From the NCBI RefSeq assembly GCF_000012925.1, contig NC_007517.1, forward strand, positions 870,001 through 902,000: 32,000 nt of DNA. The letters run 5' to 3'. The translations under genes and the position numbers were made by a program. Under the pieces are notes generated by a model. The model did not search any database and was not told the origin of the DNA. It saw only the letters and a list, made by a program, of their open reading frames with translations. Shown here in pieces: positions 16,500 through 25,705 of this stretch. The stretch comes from Geobacter metallireducens GS-15 (GTDB taxonomy: Bacteria > Desulfobacterota > Desulfuromonadia > Geobacterales > Geobacteraceae). Position 1 is the stretch's first letter; each line of letters begins with the position of its first letter.

Positions 16500-17312
16500 A
16501 TGGAGGAAGCACTACGTGCCGAGATCGGACGTTTTGTGGCGGAGAGCCCGGAAAACCGCTTCCCTGATGGCAGCGGACCCTACTTCGACGACCCCCTCGT
16601 GGGCTTCGCCGCGGCTGACGACCCGCTTTTCACTGACTACAAGCACATCATCGGCGATTTCCACCTGACGCCGGCCGAGCTGCTGGACGGGGCGGCAACG
16701 GTTATTGTCTGGATCCTCCCGATTGTGGAGGGGACGCGGATGAGCAACCGGCTGGAGACAGAATGGCCCTCCCGCAAGTGGGCCTTCACCCGGAGTCACG
16801 GCGAGACCCTGAACGGCGCCCTTCGCCGGCATCTGGTGGCGCACCTGGAGGGGATCGGCCACCGGGCCGTGGTGCCCCAGTACGCCCCCGCCTGGAAGGA
16901 ATTCGCCGATACCCCCGTGGGCATTGCCTCCACCTGGTCCGAGCGCCACGCCGCCTACGCAGCCGGACTCGGTACCTTCAGCCTCTCCGACGGCCTCATC
17001 ACTGCTCGCGGAATTGCCCACCGGGTGGGGAGCGTCATCACCGACCTGGTGCTTCCTCCCTCTCCCCGCACCACCCCGGACCATCGCCACAACTGCCTCT
17101 GGTACCGCGAGGAGACCTGCGGCGTCTGCATCGGCCGCTGCCCCGTGGGGGCCATCACCTTCAACGGCCACGACAAGTCCCGGTGCCGGGATTACGTCTA
17201 CGGCGCCGTTCCCGAGGCGGTGGGCGAGCGCTACGGTGTCACCCATACCGGTTGCGGGCTCTGCCAGACCCGCGTACCGTGCGAGTCGGCGATACCCCGC
17301 GGGAAAAAATAA
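16500..17312 (+). CDS. QueG/reductive-dehalogenase-superfamily-like iron-sulfur protein
   Basis: SERHAAYAAGLGTFSLSDGLIT..G...RVGSVITDL block, ferredoxin-like CGVCIGRCPVGAI and a second Cys cluster CGLCQTRVPCE. SD AAGGAGG lies 11 nt after the MFS stop. Confidence 0.65.
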   Translation: MEEALRAEIGRFVAESPENRFPDGSGPYFDDPLVGFAAADDPLFTDYKHIIGDFHLTPAELLDGAATVIVWILPIVEGTRMSNRLETEWPSRKWAFTRSHGETLNGALRRHLVAHLEGIGHRAVVPQYAPAWKEFADTPVGIASTWSERHAAYAAGLGTFSLSDGLITARGIAHRVGSVITDLVLPPSPRTTPDHRHNCLWYREETCGVCIGRCPVGAITFNGHDKSRCRDYVYGAVPEAVGERYGVTHTGCGLCQTRVPCESAIPRGKK

Positions 17313-17350
17313 AATATAGCTGGACACGACTTGGTGGATTGTTTAAAAAT

Positions 17351-17368
17351 GGAATGAACGTTCATTCC
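17351..17368. promoter_or_regulatory. Perfect 18-bp palindrome GGAATGAACGTTCATTCC, putative operator of the efflux TetR
   Basis: Ends 26 nt upstream of the TetR ATG at 17394. A near copy lies at 17985-18002. Confidence 0.6.
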
Positions 17369-17393
17369 GCTATTGTGGACAAAGAGGTCTGCC

Positions 17394-17969
17394 ATGTCGA
17401 AAGTTGAAAAGCGCGACGAGATAGTCCGCGCGGCCCTTGAGGTCATCGCCGAGCACGGTTTCCATGGCGCCCCCATGGCGCTGATCGCCGACCGTGCCGG
17501 GGTTGGGGCCGGGACGATCTACCGCTACTTCGAGAACAAGGATGTCTTGATCAGGGAACTCTATCGGGATATGGAAGGAAGGATCTATCCGTTCATCACC
17601 GAGGGGTACGTGGAGGTCAAGGCATTTCGGGAACGGTTTATTCATCTCGGTTCGGCACTCCTGCGGTACTTCATCGAAAACCCCCTCGATTTCCGGTACC
17701 TGGAGCAGTTCCATAATTCTCCGTACGGCCTGGAATACCGCCGGGAACGGCTTCTGGGGGAACGTGAAGGGTGCGACGTCTATCGGGAGTTGTTTGAAAC
17801 GGGGATTGCCCAGCAGGTCCTGAAAAATGTCCCCCTGCCAATATTCTTCGCCCTGACCTTCGGTCCCCTCCTCGCCGTGGCCCGGGACCATATCCTCGGG
17901 TTCATTGTGCTGGATGACGCCCTTATCGTCCGGACCATCGAGGCCTGCTGGGATGCGGTCAGGCGATAG
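17394..17969 (+). CDS. TetR/AcrR family repressor of the adjacent RND efflux operon
   Basis: HTH GFHGAPMALIADRAGVGAGTIYRYFENKD. SD AAAGAGG lies before the ATG at 17394. Confidence 0.9.
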   Translation: MSKVEKRDEIVRAALEVIAEHGFHGAPMALIADRAGVGAGTIYRYFENKDVLIRELYRDMEGRIYPFITEGYVEVKAFRERFIHLGSALLRYFIENPLDFRYLEQFHNSPYGLEYRRERLLGEREGCDVYRELFETGIAQQVLKNVPLPIFFALTFGPLLAVARDHILGFIVLDDALIVRTIEACWDAVRR

Positions 17970-17984
17970 GCTGAATCAAGTTTA

Positions 17985-18002
17985 GGAATGAACATTCATT
18001 CA
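17985..18002. promoter_or_regulatory. Second operator copy GGAATGAACATTCATTCA before the RND operon
   Basis: 16 of 18 nt identical to the palindrome at 17351-17368. It overlaps the track's ATG at 17988. Confidence 0.55.
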
Positions 18003-18023
18003 AATTACCGTGAAGAGGTGTCT

Positions 18024-19211
18024 ATGCAAGCCATGTACAGAACACGACTGATTACCGTTACGGGGCTTCTTGCCATCGGGATGATGGTGGCAGGGTGCGG
18101 CAAGAAATCCAACGGCGCCCCTCCTCCCAGCGGTCCTCCCGAAGTGGGAGTGGTTACGATTCAGCCCCAACGGGTGGAGCTGACGACTGAGTTGCCGGGC
18201 CGCACCTCGCCTCACCTGATCGCCGAGGTCCGTCCCCAGGTCAGCGGCATCATCCAGAAGCGCCTGTTCACCGAGGGATCCGACGTGAAGGCGGGTCAGG
18301 TCCTGTACCAGATTGACCCCTCCACTTATCAGGCGGCCTTTGCCAGCGCCAAGGCCACCCTTGCCCGGACGGAAGCCAATCTCATCCCGGCGCGCCTCAA
18401 GGAAGAGCGCTTCCGTGATCTGGTGAAGATCAAGGCCGTGAGCCAGCAGGACTACGACGACGCCAACGCCGCCCTCAAGCAGGCCGAGGCCGACGTCGCC
18501 TCTGCCAAGGCAGCGGTTGAGACGGCCCGCATCAACTTGGGCTACACGAAGGTGACCGCCCCCATCTCCGGCCGGATCGGCCGTTCCACCGTGACCGACG
18601 GGGCTCTGGTGACGGCCAACCAGCCCACGGCCCTGGCCACCATCCAGCAGCTCAGTTCCATGTATGTGGATGTCACCCAGTCCAACGCCGATCTGTTGAA
18701 GCTGAAGCAGAACCTGGCCAGCGGACTGATGAAACACGACGGTGCCGCCCAGGCGCGGGTCAAGCTTCTGCTGGAGGACGGCAGCCCTTATCCGCTGTCG
18801 GGAACCCTGAAATTCTCGGAAGTCACCGTTGACCAGAGCACCGGTTCCATCACCCTGCGGGCGGTCTTCCCGAACCCGAAGCAAACCCTCCTGCCGGGGA
18901 TGTTCGTGCGGGCCATCGTTGAGGATGGTGTCAGCGAACAAGCGATCCTGGTCCCCCAGCGGGGCGTCACCCGTAACCCGAAGGGCGATGCCACGGCTCT
19001 GGTGGTGGGGGCCGAGAACAAGGTGGAGTCACGGGTCATCAAGGTCGCCCGGACCGTTGGGGACAACTGGCTGGTGAGCGACGGGCTCAAGGCCGGTGAT
19101 CGGGTCATCCTGGAAGGGATTCAGAAGGCAAAGCCGGGCACGCCGGTCAAGGCGGTGCCGTTCGGAGCAAAGCCGGAGACGGCTCCGGCCCCAGCCGTCG
19201 TGAAAAAATAA
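18024..19211 (+). CDS. RND efflux periplasmic adaptor (membrane fusion protein, AcrA/MexA-like lipoprotein)
   Basis: SD GAAGAGG. Lipobox GMMVAGC. Motifs QVSGII..R.F.EG..VKAGQVLYQIDP and INLGYTKV.APISGRIG. Confidence 0.92.
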   Translation: MQAMYRTRLITVTGLLAIGMMVAGCGKKSNGAPPPSGPPEVGVVTIQPQRVELTTELPGRTSPHLIAEVRPQVSGIIQKRLFTEGSDVKAGQVLYQIDPSTYQAAFASAKATLARTEANLIPARLKEERFRDLVKIKAVSQQDYDDANAALKQAEADVASAKAAVETARINLGYTKVTAPISGRIGRSTVTDGALVTANQPTALATIQQLSSMYVDVTQSNADLLKLKQNLASGLMKHDGAAQARVKLLLEDGSPYPLSGTLKFSEVTVDQSTGSITLRAVFPNPKQTLLPGMFVRAIVEDGVSEQAILVPQRGVTRNPKGDATALVVGAENKVESRVIKVARTVGDNWLVSDGLKAGDRVILEGIQKAKPGTPVKAVPFGAKPETAPAPAVVKK

Positions 19212-19232
19212 CCTGAAAGTTCACCACGGTGG

Positions 19233-19302
19233 CACGGAGCACGGAGAATTCAGTTTTTGAGCAATTAGAAGTTTGTTTTTTGCCTTTCTCTGTGTCTCCG
19301 TG
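19233..19302 (+). repeat. Inverted-repeat element E1 in the adaptor-pump intercistronic gap
   Basis: Left arm is 2 x CACGGAG + AA (19233-19248). AT-rich 37-nt loop. Right arm is TTCTCTGTGTCTCCGTG (19286-19302). The arms pair with one bulge and one G-U. Confidence 0.7.
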
Positions 19303-19351
19303 TCGCCGTTAGTAGTTTTTCTTTTTTCACTAGACTCCAAGGAGCTCTTCC

Positions 19352-22300
19352 ATGTCCCGCTTTTTCATAAACAGACCCATCTTTGCCTGGGTAATCGCCA
19401 TCATGGTCATGCTGGCCGGCCTCCTGGCGATCAAGACCCTGCCGGTCTCCCAATACCCTCCCATCGCACCACCCCAGATCACCATCAACGCCATGTATCC
19501 CGGCGCCTCGGCCCAGACGGTGCAGGATACGGTAACCCAGGTGATCGAGCAGAAGCTGAACGGGATCGACAACCTGATCTACATGTCCTCCACCAGCGAT
19601 TCGGCCGGCGCCGTGGCCATCAACCTCACCTTCAAGGCCGGCACCGACCCGAACATCGCCCAGGTGCAGGTGCAGAACAAGCTGCAGCTCGCCACGCCGC
19701 TCCTCCCCCAGATCGTCCAGAAACAGGGGATTCAGGTGGTCAAGTCCACCAAGAACTTCCTCCTGATCGTCGGGGTCGTGTCGGAGGACGGCTCCATGGA
19801 CCGCCCGGCCCTGACCGACTATCTGGTTGCCAACGTCCAGGACGTCATCAGCAGGACGGAAGGGGTCGGCGAGGTAACGGTCTTCGGCTCCCAGAACGCC
19901 ATGCGGATCTGGCTCAACCCGGCCAAGCTCAACAACTACCACCTCACCACCAACGACGTCATCGCGGCGGTGCAGGCCCAGAACGCCCAGGTGTCAGCCG
20001 GCCAGTTCGGCGGGAATCCGGCGCCCCCGGGACAGCAGTTGAACGCCACCATCACGGCCCGCACCCTCCTCCAGACACCGGAGCAGTTCAACGCCATCAT
20101 CCTGAGGACCAACCCCGACGGTTCCACGGTCAGGCTGAAGGATGTGGCCGAATGTAAGATCGGCACCGAGAATTACGATATCGAAGCACGGTACAAGGGA
20201 AAACCGATGGGGGGGATGGCGCTGCGCCTGGCCGCGGGCGCCAACGCCCTGGACACCGCCGACCGGGTCAAGGCGAAGATGGCGGAACTGTCGAAATACT
20301 TCCCCGCCGGCATGGAGGTGGTCTACCCCTACGACACCACCCCCTTCGTCAAGGTCTCCATTGAAGAGGTGGTCCAGACCCTGATCGAGGCGGTCTTCCT
20401 CGTCTTCATCATCATGTTCCTCTTCCTGCAGAATATCCGGGCCACCCTGATCCCCACCATCGCCGTTCCGGTCGTCCTGCTCGGCACCATGGGGGCGTTG
20501 TCGGCCGCCGGCTTCTCCATCAACACCCTGACCATGTTCGCCCTGGTCATCGTCATCGGCCTCCTGGTGGACGACGCCATCGTCGTGGTGGAGAACGTGG
20601 AACGGATCATGTCCGAGGAGGGGCTCTCGCCCCACGACGCCACCGTCAAATCCATGGGGCAGATCACCAGTGCCCTCTGGGGGATCGCCACCGTCCTCTC
20701 GGCGGTCTTCCTCCCCATGGCCTTCTTCGGCGGCTCCACCGGCGTCATCTACCGCCAGTTCTCCATCACCATCATCTCCGCCATGATTCTCTCGGTGATG
20801 ACGGCCCAGATTCTGACGCCGGCCCTCTGCTCCACCCTGCTCAAGCCGGTGGAGAAGGGGCATGAGGCGTGCGAGACTGGCTGGTTCTGCGGTTTCTTCC
20901 GCTGGTTCAACAAATGCTTCAACTGGTGCCGGGGCAGATACGAAGGGATCGTCGGCCGTTCATTCGGCAAGCCGGTGCGCTACCTGGTGATTTACGGGGT
21001 CATCGTGGCGGCCATGGCGTTCTTCTTCCTGCGCCTTCCCACCGCATTCCTCCCCGACGAGGACCAGGGGTTCATCGTCTGCCAGGTCCAGCTCCCTGCA
21101 GGGGCTGCCCAGGAGCGGACTATCACAGTGCTCGAGCAGCTTGAACACCACTTCCTGGAGAAGGAGAAGAAGTCGGTGGAGACGATCATTACCATTGCCG
21201 GCTTCAGCTTTGCCGGCCGGGGCCAGAACATGGGGCTTGCCTTTGTCAGGCTCAAGGACTGGAAGCTGCGCCCGACCCCCGACATGAAGGCGCCGGCCGT
21301 TGCCGGACGGGCCATGAAGGCTTTCTCGCAGATCCGCGACGGCCTCGCCTTTGCCTTTTCACCGCCGGCGGTGGTGGAGCTGGGGCAGGCCAACGGCTTC
21401 GACTTCCAGCTGCAGGACCGTGCCGGCCTTGGCCATGAGAAGCTGATGGAGGCCCGCAACCAGCTCCTCGGCATGGCCATGAAGAACCCCAAGCTGATCG
21501 CGGTGCGCCCCAACGGGCAGGATGATTCGCCCCAGTTCAAGCTCGACATTGACGACGTGCGGGCCGGGGCCCTGGGGGTCAACCTGGCCGATGTCAACAG
21601 CGTACTGGCCACGGCCTGGGGAAGCTCCTACGTCAACGACTTCATCGAGAACGGTCGGGTGAAGAAGGTCTATCTCCAGGCTGAACCCAGGTCCCGCATG
21701 CTGCCGGAGGACATCAACAGCTGGTACGTGAACAACAGAAACGGCGAGATGGTCCCCTTCTCGGCCTTCGCCACCGCCCACTGGAAGTACGGCTCGCCCC
21801 GGCTTGAGCGTTACAACGGCATTCCGTCCGTGGAGATCATGGGACAGGCGGCGCCCGGGGTGAGCACCGGCGAGGCCATGGTCGAGATGGAGAAGATGGC
21901 GGCCCAGCTTCCGCCGGGCATCGGTTACGAGTGGACCGGACTCTCCTACGAGGAAAAACAGGCCGGCAAGCAGGCGCCCGCCCTCTACGCCATCTCGCTC
22001 CTGGTGGTGTTCCTCTCCGTGGCGGCCCTCTACGAAAGCTGGACCATCCCCTTCGTCAACCTGCTGATGCTTCCCCTCGGCCTGGTGGGGGCGGTCACGG
22101 CGGTGAAGCTGCGGATGCTTCCCAACGACGTCTATCTCCAGATAGGGCTTCTCACCACCGTGGGCCTGTCGACGAAGAACGCCATCCTGATCATCCAGTT
22201 CATCAAGGACCAGATGCACCAGGGGCATGAACTGGTGGAGGCGACCCTGACGGCGGTGAAGATCCGATTGCGGCCGGTCATCATGACCTCACTGGCCTTC

Positions 22301-22513
22301 TTCTTCGGCACCCTGCCGCTGGCACTCACCAAGGGGGCCGGGGCCGCGGCCCAGAACGCCATCGGCACCGCCGTGACCGGGGGGCTGCTTTCGGCTACCT
22401 TCATCGACTTGATCTTCATCCCGTTCTTCTTCGTGATGGTGTCGAAGGTGTTTGCCAAGAAAAAGCAGCCTTCCGTTCAGCCGGCCGCTGAAGCAGCGTC
22501 GGAGGTGAATTGA
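19352..22513 (+). CDS. RND multidrug efflux permease (AcrB/MexB family, HAE1)
   Basis: 1053 aa. N-terminus [34 protein letters not shown] and family-wide conservation throughout. SD AAGGAG. Confidence 0.97.
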   Translation: MSRFFINRPIFAWVIAIMVMLAGLLAIKTLPVSQYPPIAPPQITINAMYPGASAQTVQDTVTQVIEQKLNGIDNLIYMSSTSDSAGAVAINLTFKAGTDPNIAQVQVQNKLQLATPLLPQIVQKQGIQVVKSTKNFLLIVGVVSEDGSMDRPALTDYLVANVQDVISRTEGVGEVTVFGSQNAMRIWLNPAKLNNYHLTTNDVIAAVQAQNAQVSAGQFGGNPAPPGQQLNATITARTLLQTPEQFNAIILRTNPDGSTVRLKDVAECKIGTENYDIEARYKGKPMGGMALRLAAGANALDTADRVKAKMAELSKYFPAGMEVVYPYDTTPFVKVSIEEVVQTLIEAVFLVFIIMFLFLQNIRATLIPTIAVPVVLLGTMGALSAAGFSINTLTMFALVIVIGLLVDDAIVVVENVERIMSEEGLSPHDATVKSMGQITSALWGIATVLSAVFLPMAFFGGSTGVIYRQFSITIISAMILSVMTAQILTPALCSTLLKPVEKGHEACETGWFCGFFRWFNKCFNWCRGRYEGIVGRSFGKPVRYLVIYGVIVAAMAFFFLRLPTAFLPDEDQGFIVCQVQLPAGAAQERTITVLEQLEHHFLEKEKKSVETIITIAGFSFAGRGQNMGLAFVRLKDWKLRPTPDMKAPAVAGRAMKAFSQIRDGLAFAFSPPAVVELGQANGFDFQLQDRAGLGHEKLMEARNQLLGMAMKNPKLIAVRPNGQDDSPQFKLDIDDVRAGALGVNLADVNSVLATAWGSSYVNDFIENGRVKKVYLQAEPRSRMLPEDINSWYVNNRNGEMVPFSAFATAHWKYGSPRLERYNGIPSVEIMGQAAPGVSTGEAMVEMEKMAAQLPPGIGYEWTGLSYEEKQAGKQAPALYAISLLVVFLSVAALYESWTIPFVNLLMLPLGLVGAVTAVKLRMLPNDVYLQIGLLTTVGLSTKNAILIIQFIKDQMHQGHELVEATLTAVKIRLRPVIMTSLAFFFGTLPLALTKGAGAAAQNAIGTAVTGGLLSATFIDLIFIPFFFVMVSKVFAKKKQPSVQPAAEAASEVN

Positions 22514-22514
22514 T

Positions 22515-24068
22515 ATGACTATGGAAAAATTCGAAATAACACAGAGCAACAGAGCAACAGAGGGGAAATCGGATTTCGCGGCACAATTTTACCTCAATAC
22601 CCAACAGCGGTCGCCGAGTCCTAGCGGTTCCACGTCGAAGCCTTTCTCTGTTGCTCAGTTGCTCTGTGTTTCAATTATGACTTTGACCCTGGCCGGCTGC
22701 ACCACCATGGCCCCCAAATACGAGCGTCCCGCCGCACCCGTTTCGGCTGCATGGCCGGAAGGCCCGGCGTATAAGGAGACTGGCGTCAGGTCCGGAAAGC
22801 CGGTGGCCGACATCCCGTGGCAGGAGTTCTTCGAGGACGAAAAGCTGCGGAAGCTGATTGCCCTGGCCCTGGAGAACAACCGGGACCTGCGGGTGGCCGC
22901 CCTCAACATAGAGCGCTCCCGGGCCCAGTATCGGATTCAACGCTCCGATCTCTTTCCGAAGGTGGACGCCACCGCCGATGGCAGCGTCCAGAGAATCCCC
23001 CAGGATCTCTCTGCTACCGGCCAGGCCCGCACCGTCGACCAGTACAGCGTCGGTCTTGGGGTCAGTTCCTATGAGCTGGATCTCTTCGGTCGGGTGCGGA
23101 GCCTCAAGGACCAAGCGCTGGAGCAGTACCTGGCCACGGAACAGGCCCGCCGCAGTGTGCAGATCAGCCTGGTGGCCGAGGTGGCCTCCAACTACCTGAC
23201 CCTGGCCGCCGACCGGGAACGGCTGAAGCTGGCTCAGGATACGCTGGCGAGCCAGCAGTCCTCCTACAACCTCACCAAGAGTCGCTTCGAGGCCGGTGTC
23301 TCCTCGTTCCTCGATCTCAACCAGGCGCGGACCAGCGTGGAGTCGGCCCGGGTGGACATAGCCCGCTACACGACGCTGATAGCCCAAGACGTAAATGCCC
23401 TCAATCTCGTGGTGGGATCGCCGGTGTCGACGGCGCTCCTCCCCGCTGCCCTCACCGAGAACCTTTCCGCCATGAAGGATGTGGCGCCGGGGCTGCCGTC
23501 CGACGTGCTACTGCGCCGTCCCGACATCCTCCAGGCAGAGAACCTCCTGAAGGGGGCCAACGCCAACATCGGCGCGGCCCGGGCCAACTTCTTCCCCCGC
23601 ATTACCCTGCTTTCAAGCGTCGGTTTCGGGAGCGACGAGTTGACGGGGCTCTTCTCCGGGAATTCCTTCACCTGGAACTTTGCGCCGCGGATAACACTGC
23701 CGATCTTCACCGCCGGAGCGAACCAGGCCACCCTCAAGGTGGCGGAGGTGGACCGTGATATCGCCGTGGCCCAGTACGAGAAGGCGATCCAGACCGCCTT
23801 CCGGGAAGTGGCCGACGCCCTGGCCCAGCGGGGAACCATCGACGATCAACTCTCGGCCCAGCAGTCCCTCACCGACGCCACCTCCGAAAGCTACCGCCTC
23901 TCCCAGGCACGGTACGAAAAAGGAGTCGACAGCTACCTCCAGGTGCTCGATTCCCAGCGGGCCCTCTACGGAGCCCAGCAGAACCTGATCGGCGTCCGCC
24001 TGGTCCGCCTCCTTAACGTGGCGACCCTCTACAAAGTGTTGGGGGGCGGCGCTCCCGGGCAAGAGTAA
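22515..24068 (+). CDS. RND efflux outer-membrane factor lipoprotein (NodT/OprM family); start uncertain
   Basis: LAGC lipobox followed by [16 protein letters not shown], plus two OEP repeats. The ATG at 22515 has SD GGAGGTG and sits 1 nt after the pump stop. It implies a 54-aa hydrophilic extension encoded by repeat element E2. Confidence 0.9.
   Translation: MTMEKFEITQSNRATEGKSDFAAQFYLNTQQRSPSPSGSTSKPFSVAQLLCVSIMTLTLAGCTTMAPKYERPAAPVSAAWPEGPAYKETGVRSGKPVADIPWQEFFEDEKLRKLIALALENNRDLRVAALNIERSRAQYRIQRSDLFPKVDATADGSVQRIPQDLSATGQARTVDQYSVGLGVSSYELDLFGRVRSLKDQALEQYLATEQARRSVQISLVAEVASNYLTLAADRERLKLAQDTLASQQSSYNLTKSRFEAGVSSFLDLNQARTSVESARVDIARYTTLIAQDVNALNLVVGSPVSTALLPAALTENLSAMKDVAPGLPSDVLLRRPDILQAENLLKGANANIGAARANFFPRITLLSSVGFGSDELTGLFSGNSFTWNFAPRITLPIFTAGANQATLKVAEVDRDIAVAQYEKAIQTAFREVADALAQRGTIDDQLSAQQSLTDATSESYRLSQARYEKGVDSYLQVLDSQRALYGAQQNLIGVRLVRLLNVATLYKVLGGGAPGQE
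22538..22670 (+). repeat. Inverted-repeat element E2 (25-bp arms, one mismatch)
   Basis: Left arm AACACAGAGCAACAGAGCAACAGAG (22538-22562). Right arm CTCTGTTGCTCAGTTGCTCTGTGTT (22646-22670). It shares the 12-mer GCCTTTCTCTGT with E1 (22640-22651 versus 19282-19293). Confidence 0.75.
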
Positions 24069-24098
24069 GTTTCCGCTTCAAAGGTATGGTTAGCCAGG

Positions 24099-24150
24099 GC
24101 CGTGCTGTCGCTTCCGAATCTTCGGGGGCGGCAGCACGGCTTTTCGGTTT
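24099..24150 (+). terminator. Rho-independent terminator of the RND operon
   Basis: GCCGTGCTGTCGC ... GCGGCAGCACGGC, a 13-bp stem with one G-U and an inner CCGAA/TTCGG mini-stem, followed by TTTTCGGTTT. Confidence 0.8.
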
Positions 24151-24239
24151 CGGACGGTTTCCAGCGGAGCAGTGAATGCGGAAAGAGATTGATGAAAACC
24201 GTGGGAATTTATTCTGACGGGAAGGGAGATTCGTAAACG

Positions 24240-25601
24240 TTACAGCGGCATGCCGAGCCGGCGCATCTTTTCCACGAGGGTGGTCCGGTTCAGGTTCAGG
24301 AGCGCCGCGGCCCGGGCCTTGACACCGTCGGTGAGGGCCAGGGCGTCGGTGATCATGCTCCGCTCGATTTCGGCGATCACTTTCACGAGGTCGACACCCC
24401 GTTCGGTGACCCGAGTGAGGGATTCCTCGCGGATGTTGGGGGGGAGGTCGTGGAGGGTGATGGTGTCCGCCTCGGTGAGGGCCACGACCCGCTCCATGAC
24501 GTTCTCCAGTTCCCTCACGTTCCCTCCCCATCGATACCCTTCAAGGGCCTCCACCGCTTCCGTGGCGAGGGTCATCCGGCGGCGCTGCATCTCTTTGCAG
24601 TACTTGGCGAGAAAGTGCTTCGCCAGGGGGAGGATGTCCTCGACCCGGTCCCGGAGCGGCGGCAGGCCCAGGGGGATGACGTTGAGCCGGTAGTAGAGGT
24701 CTTCGCGGAAGGTCCCCTTCTTCACTTCCTCGGCCAGGTCCAGGTTGGTGGCCGAGATGATCCGCACGTCGATCTTGATGGGACGGGTGGAACCGACCCG
24801 CTCCACCTCCTGCTCCTGCAGGACCCGCAGGAGCTTTGTCTGGAGCTGCAGCGGCATGGTCCCGATCTCGTCCAGGAAGATGGTACCGCCGTTGGCCGCC
24901 TCGAACTTGCCGATCTTGTCCCTCACCGCGCCGGTGAAAGCCCCCTTCACGTAGCCGAACAGTTCCGACTCCAGGAGATTCTCCGGTATGGCGCCGCAGT
25001 GGACGGCGATGAACGGCCGCTCGCGCCGTGAGCCGTTGAAATGGATCGCCTTGGCCACGATTTCCTTACCGGTCCCCGACTCGCCGGCGATGAGGACCGT
25101 GGAGTCGGTCTTGACGATCCGCTTCATGAGGGCGAAGACCTGCTGCATGGCAGGCGAGGCGCCGATGATGTTGGCGAACTCGAATTTGTCCCGGAGCTGT
25201 TTCCTGAGGTAGACGTTTTCGGAGAGGAGCTGGTGCTTCTCCACGGCCTTGGCGATGATGATCCTGAGTTCGTCGATGTTGAGGGGCTTGGTGATGTAGT
25301 CGTAGGCCCCCTCTTTCATGGCCCGCACGGCGGTTTCGGCGGAGGCGTGGCCGGTGATGAGGATCACCTCGGTGAGGGGGGAATCGTTCTTGACGTCCTT
25401 GAGGATGTCAATGCCGTTGGTGTCGGGAAGGAAGAGGTCGGTAATGATGATGTCGAACTTGTCCCGAGCAAGGTGCTGGGCCGCTTCCCGCCCCGATGCC
25501 GCCCCCGTGACGTGGTGGCCGGCATTCCTGAGGATGAGGGTGAGAGCTTCGCGCCCCGATTCTTCGTCATCGATGAGGAGGATGCGGGTCCGTTCTTTCA
25601 T
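24240..25601 (-). CDS. Sigma54-dependent response regulator (NtrC family: REC, AAA+, Fis-type HTH)
   Basis: REC domain ILLIDDE...ITDLFLPD. Walker A GESGTGKE. Sigma54-contact motif ESELFGYVKGAFTGA. C-terminal HTH AAALLNLNRTTLVEKMRRLG. Start MKERTR at 25601 with SD GGGAGG. Confidence 0.93.
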   Translation of the reverse strand: MKERTRILLIDDEESGREALTLILRNAGHHVTGAASGREAAQHLARDKFDIIITDLFLPDTNGIDILKDVKNDSPLTEVILITGHASAETAVRAMKEGAYDYITKPLNIDELRIIIAKAVEKHQLLSENVYLRKQLRDKFEFANIIGASPAMQQVFALMKRIVKTDSTVLIAGESGTGKEIVAKAIHFNGSRRERPFIAVHCGAIPENLLESELFGYVKGAFTGAVRDKIGKFEAANGGTIFLDEIGTMPLQLQTKLLRVLQEQEVERVGSTRPIKIDVRIISATNLDLAEEVKKGTFREDLYYRLNVIPLGLPPLRDRVEDILPLAKHFLAKYCKEMQRRRMTLATEAVEALEGYRWGGNVRELENVMERVVALTEADTITLHDLPPNIREESLTRVTERGVDLVKVIAEIERSMITDALALTDGVKARAAALLNLNRTTLVEKMRRLGMPL

Positions 25602-25669
25602 TGGTGCCTCCCGTGAGCAGGTTTGATACATAGCACCAATGGGTCGCCCTTGGCAAGCCTCCCGTCACG

Positions 25670-25697
25670 TTGACTGCCGCGCCGCGCCGGGTATACT
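25670..25697 (+). promoter_or_regulatory. Near-consensus sigma70-type promoter abutting the NfeD start codon
   Basis: TTGACT (25670-25675), 16-nt spacer, TATACT (25692-25697). The ATG at 25706 starts 9 nt after the end of the -10 element. Confidence 0.45.
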
Positions 25698-25705
25698 GTG
25701 AGCGT

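Noticed and set aside
19233-19302. Tandem short repeats at E1 and E2 as a CRISPR array or terminator
   Set aside because: The units are 7-8 nt and contiguous with no spacers, arranged as inverted arms. E1 is not followed immediately by a T-tract, since the T-run begins about 12 nt later, so it is not a canonical intrinsic terminator.
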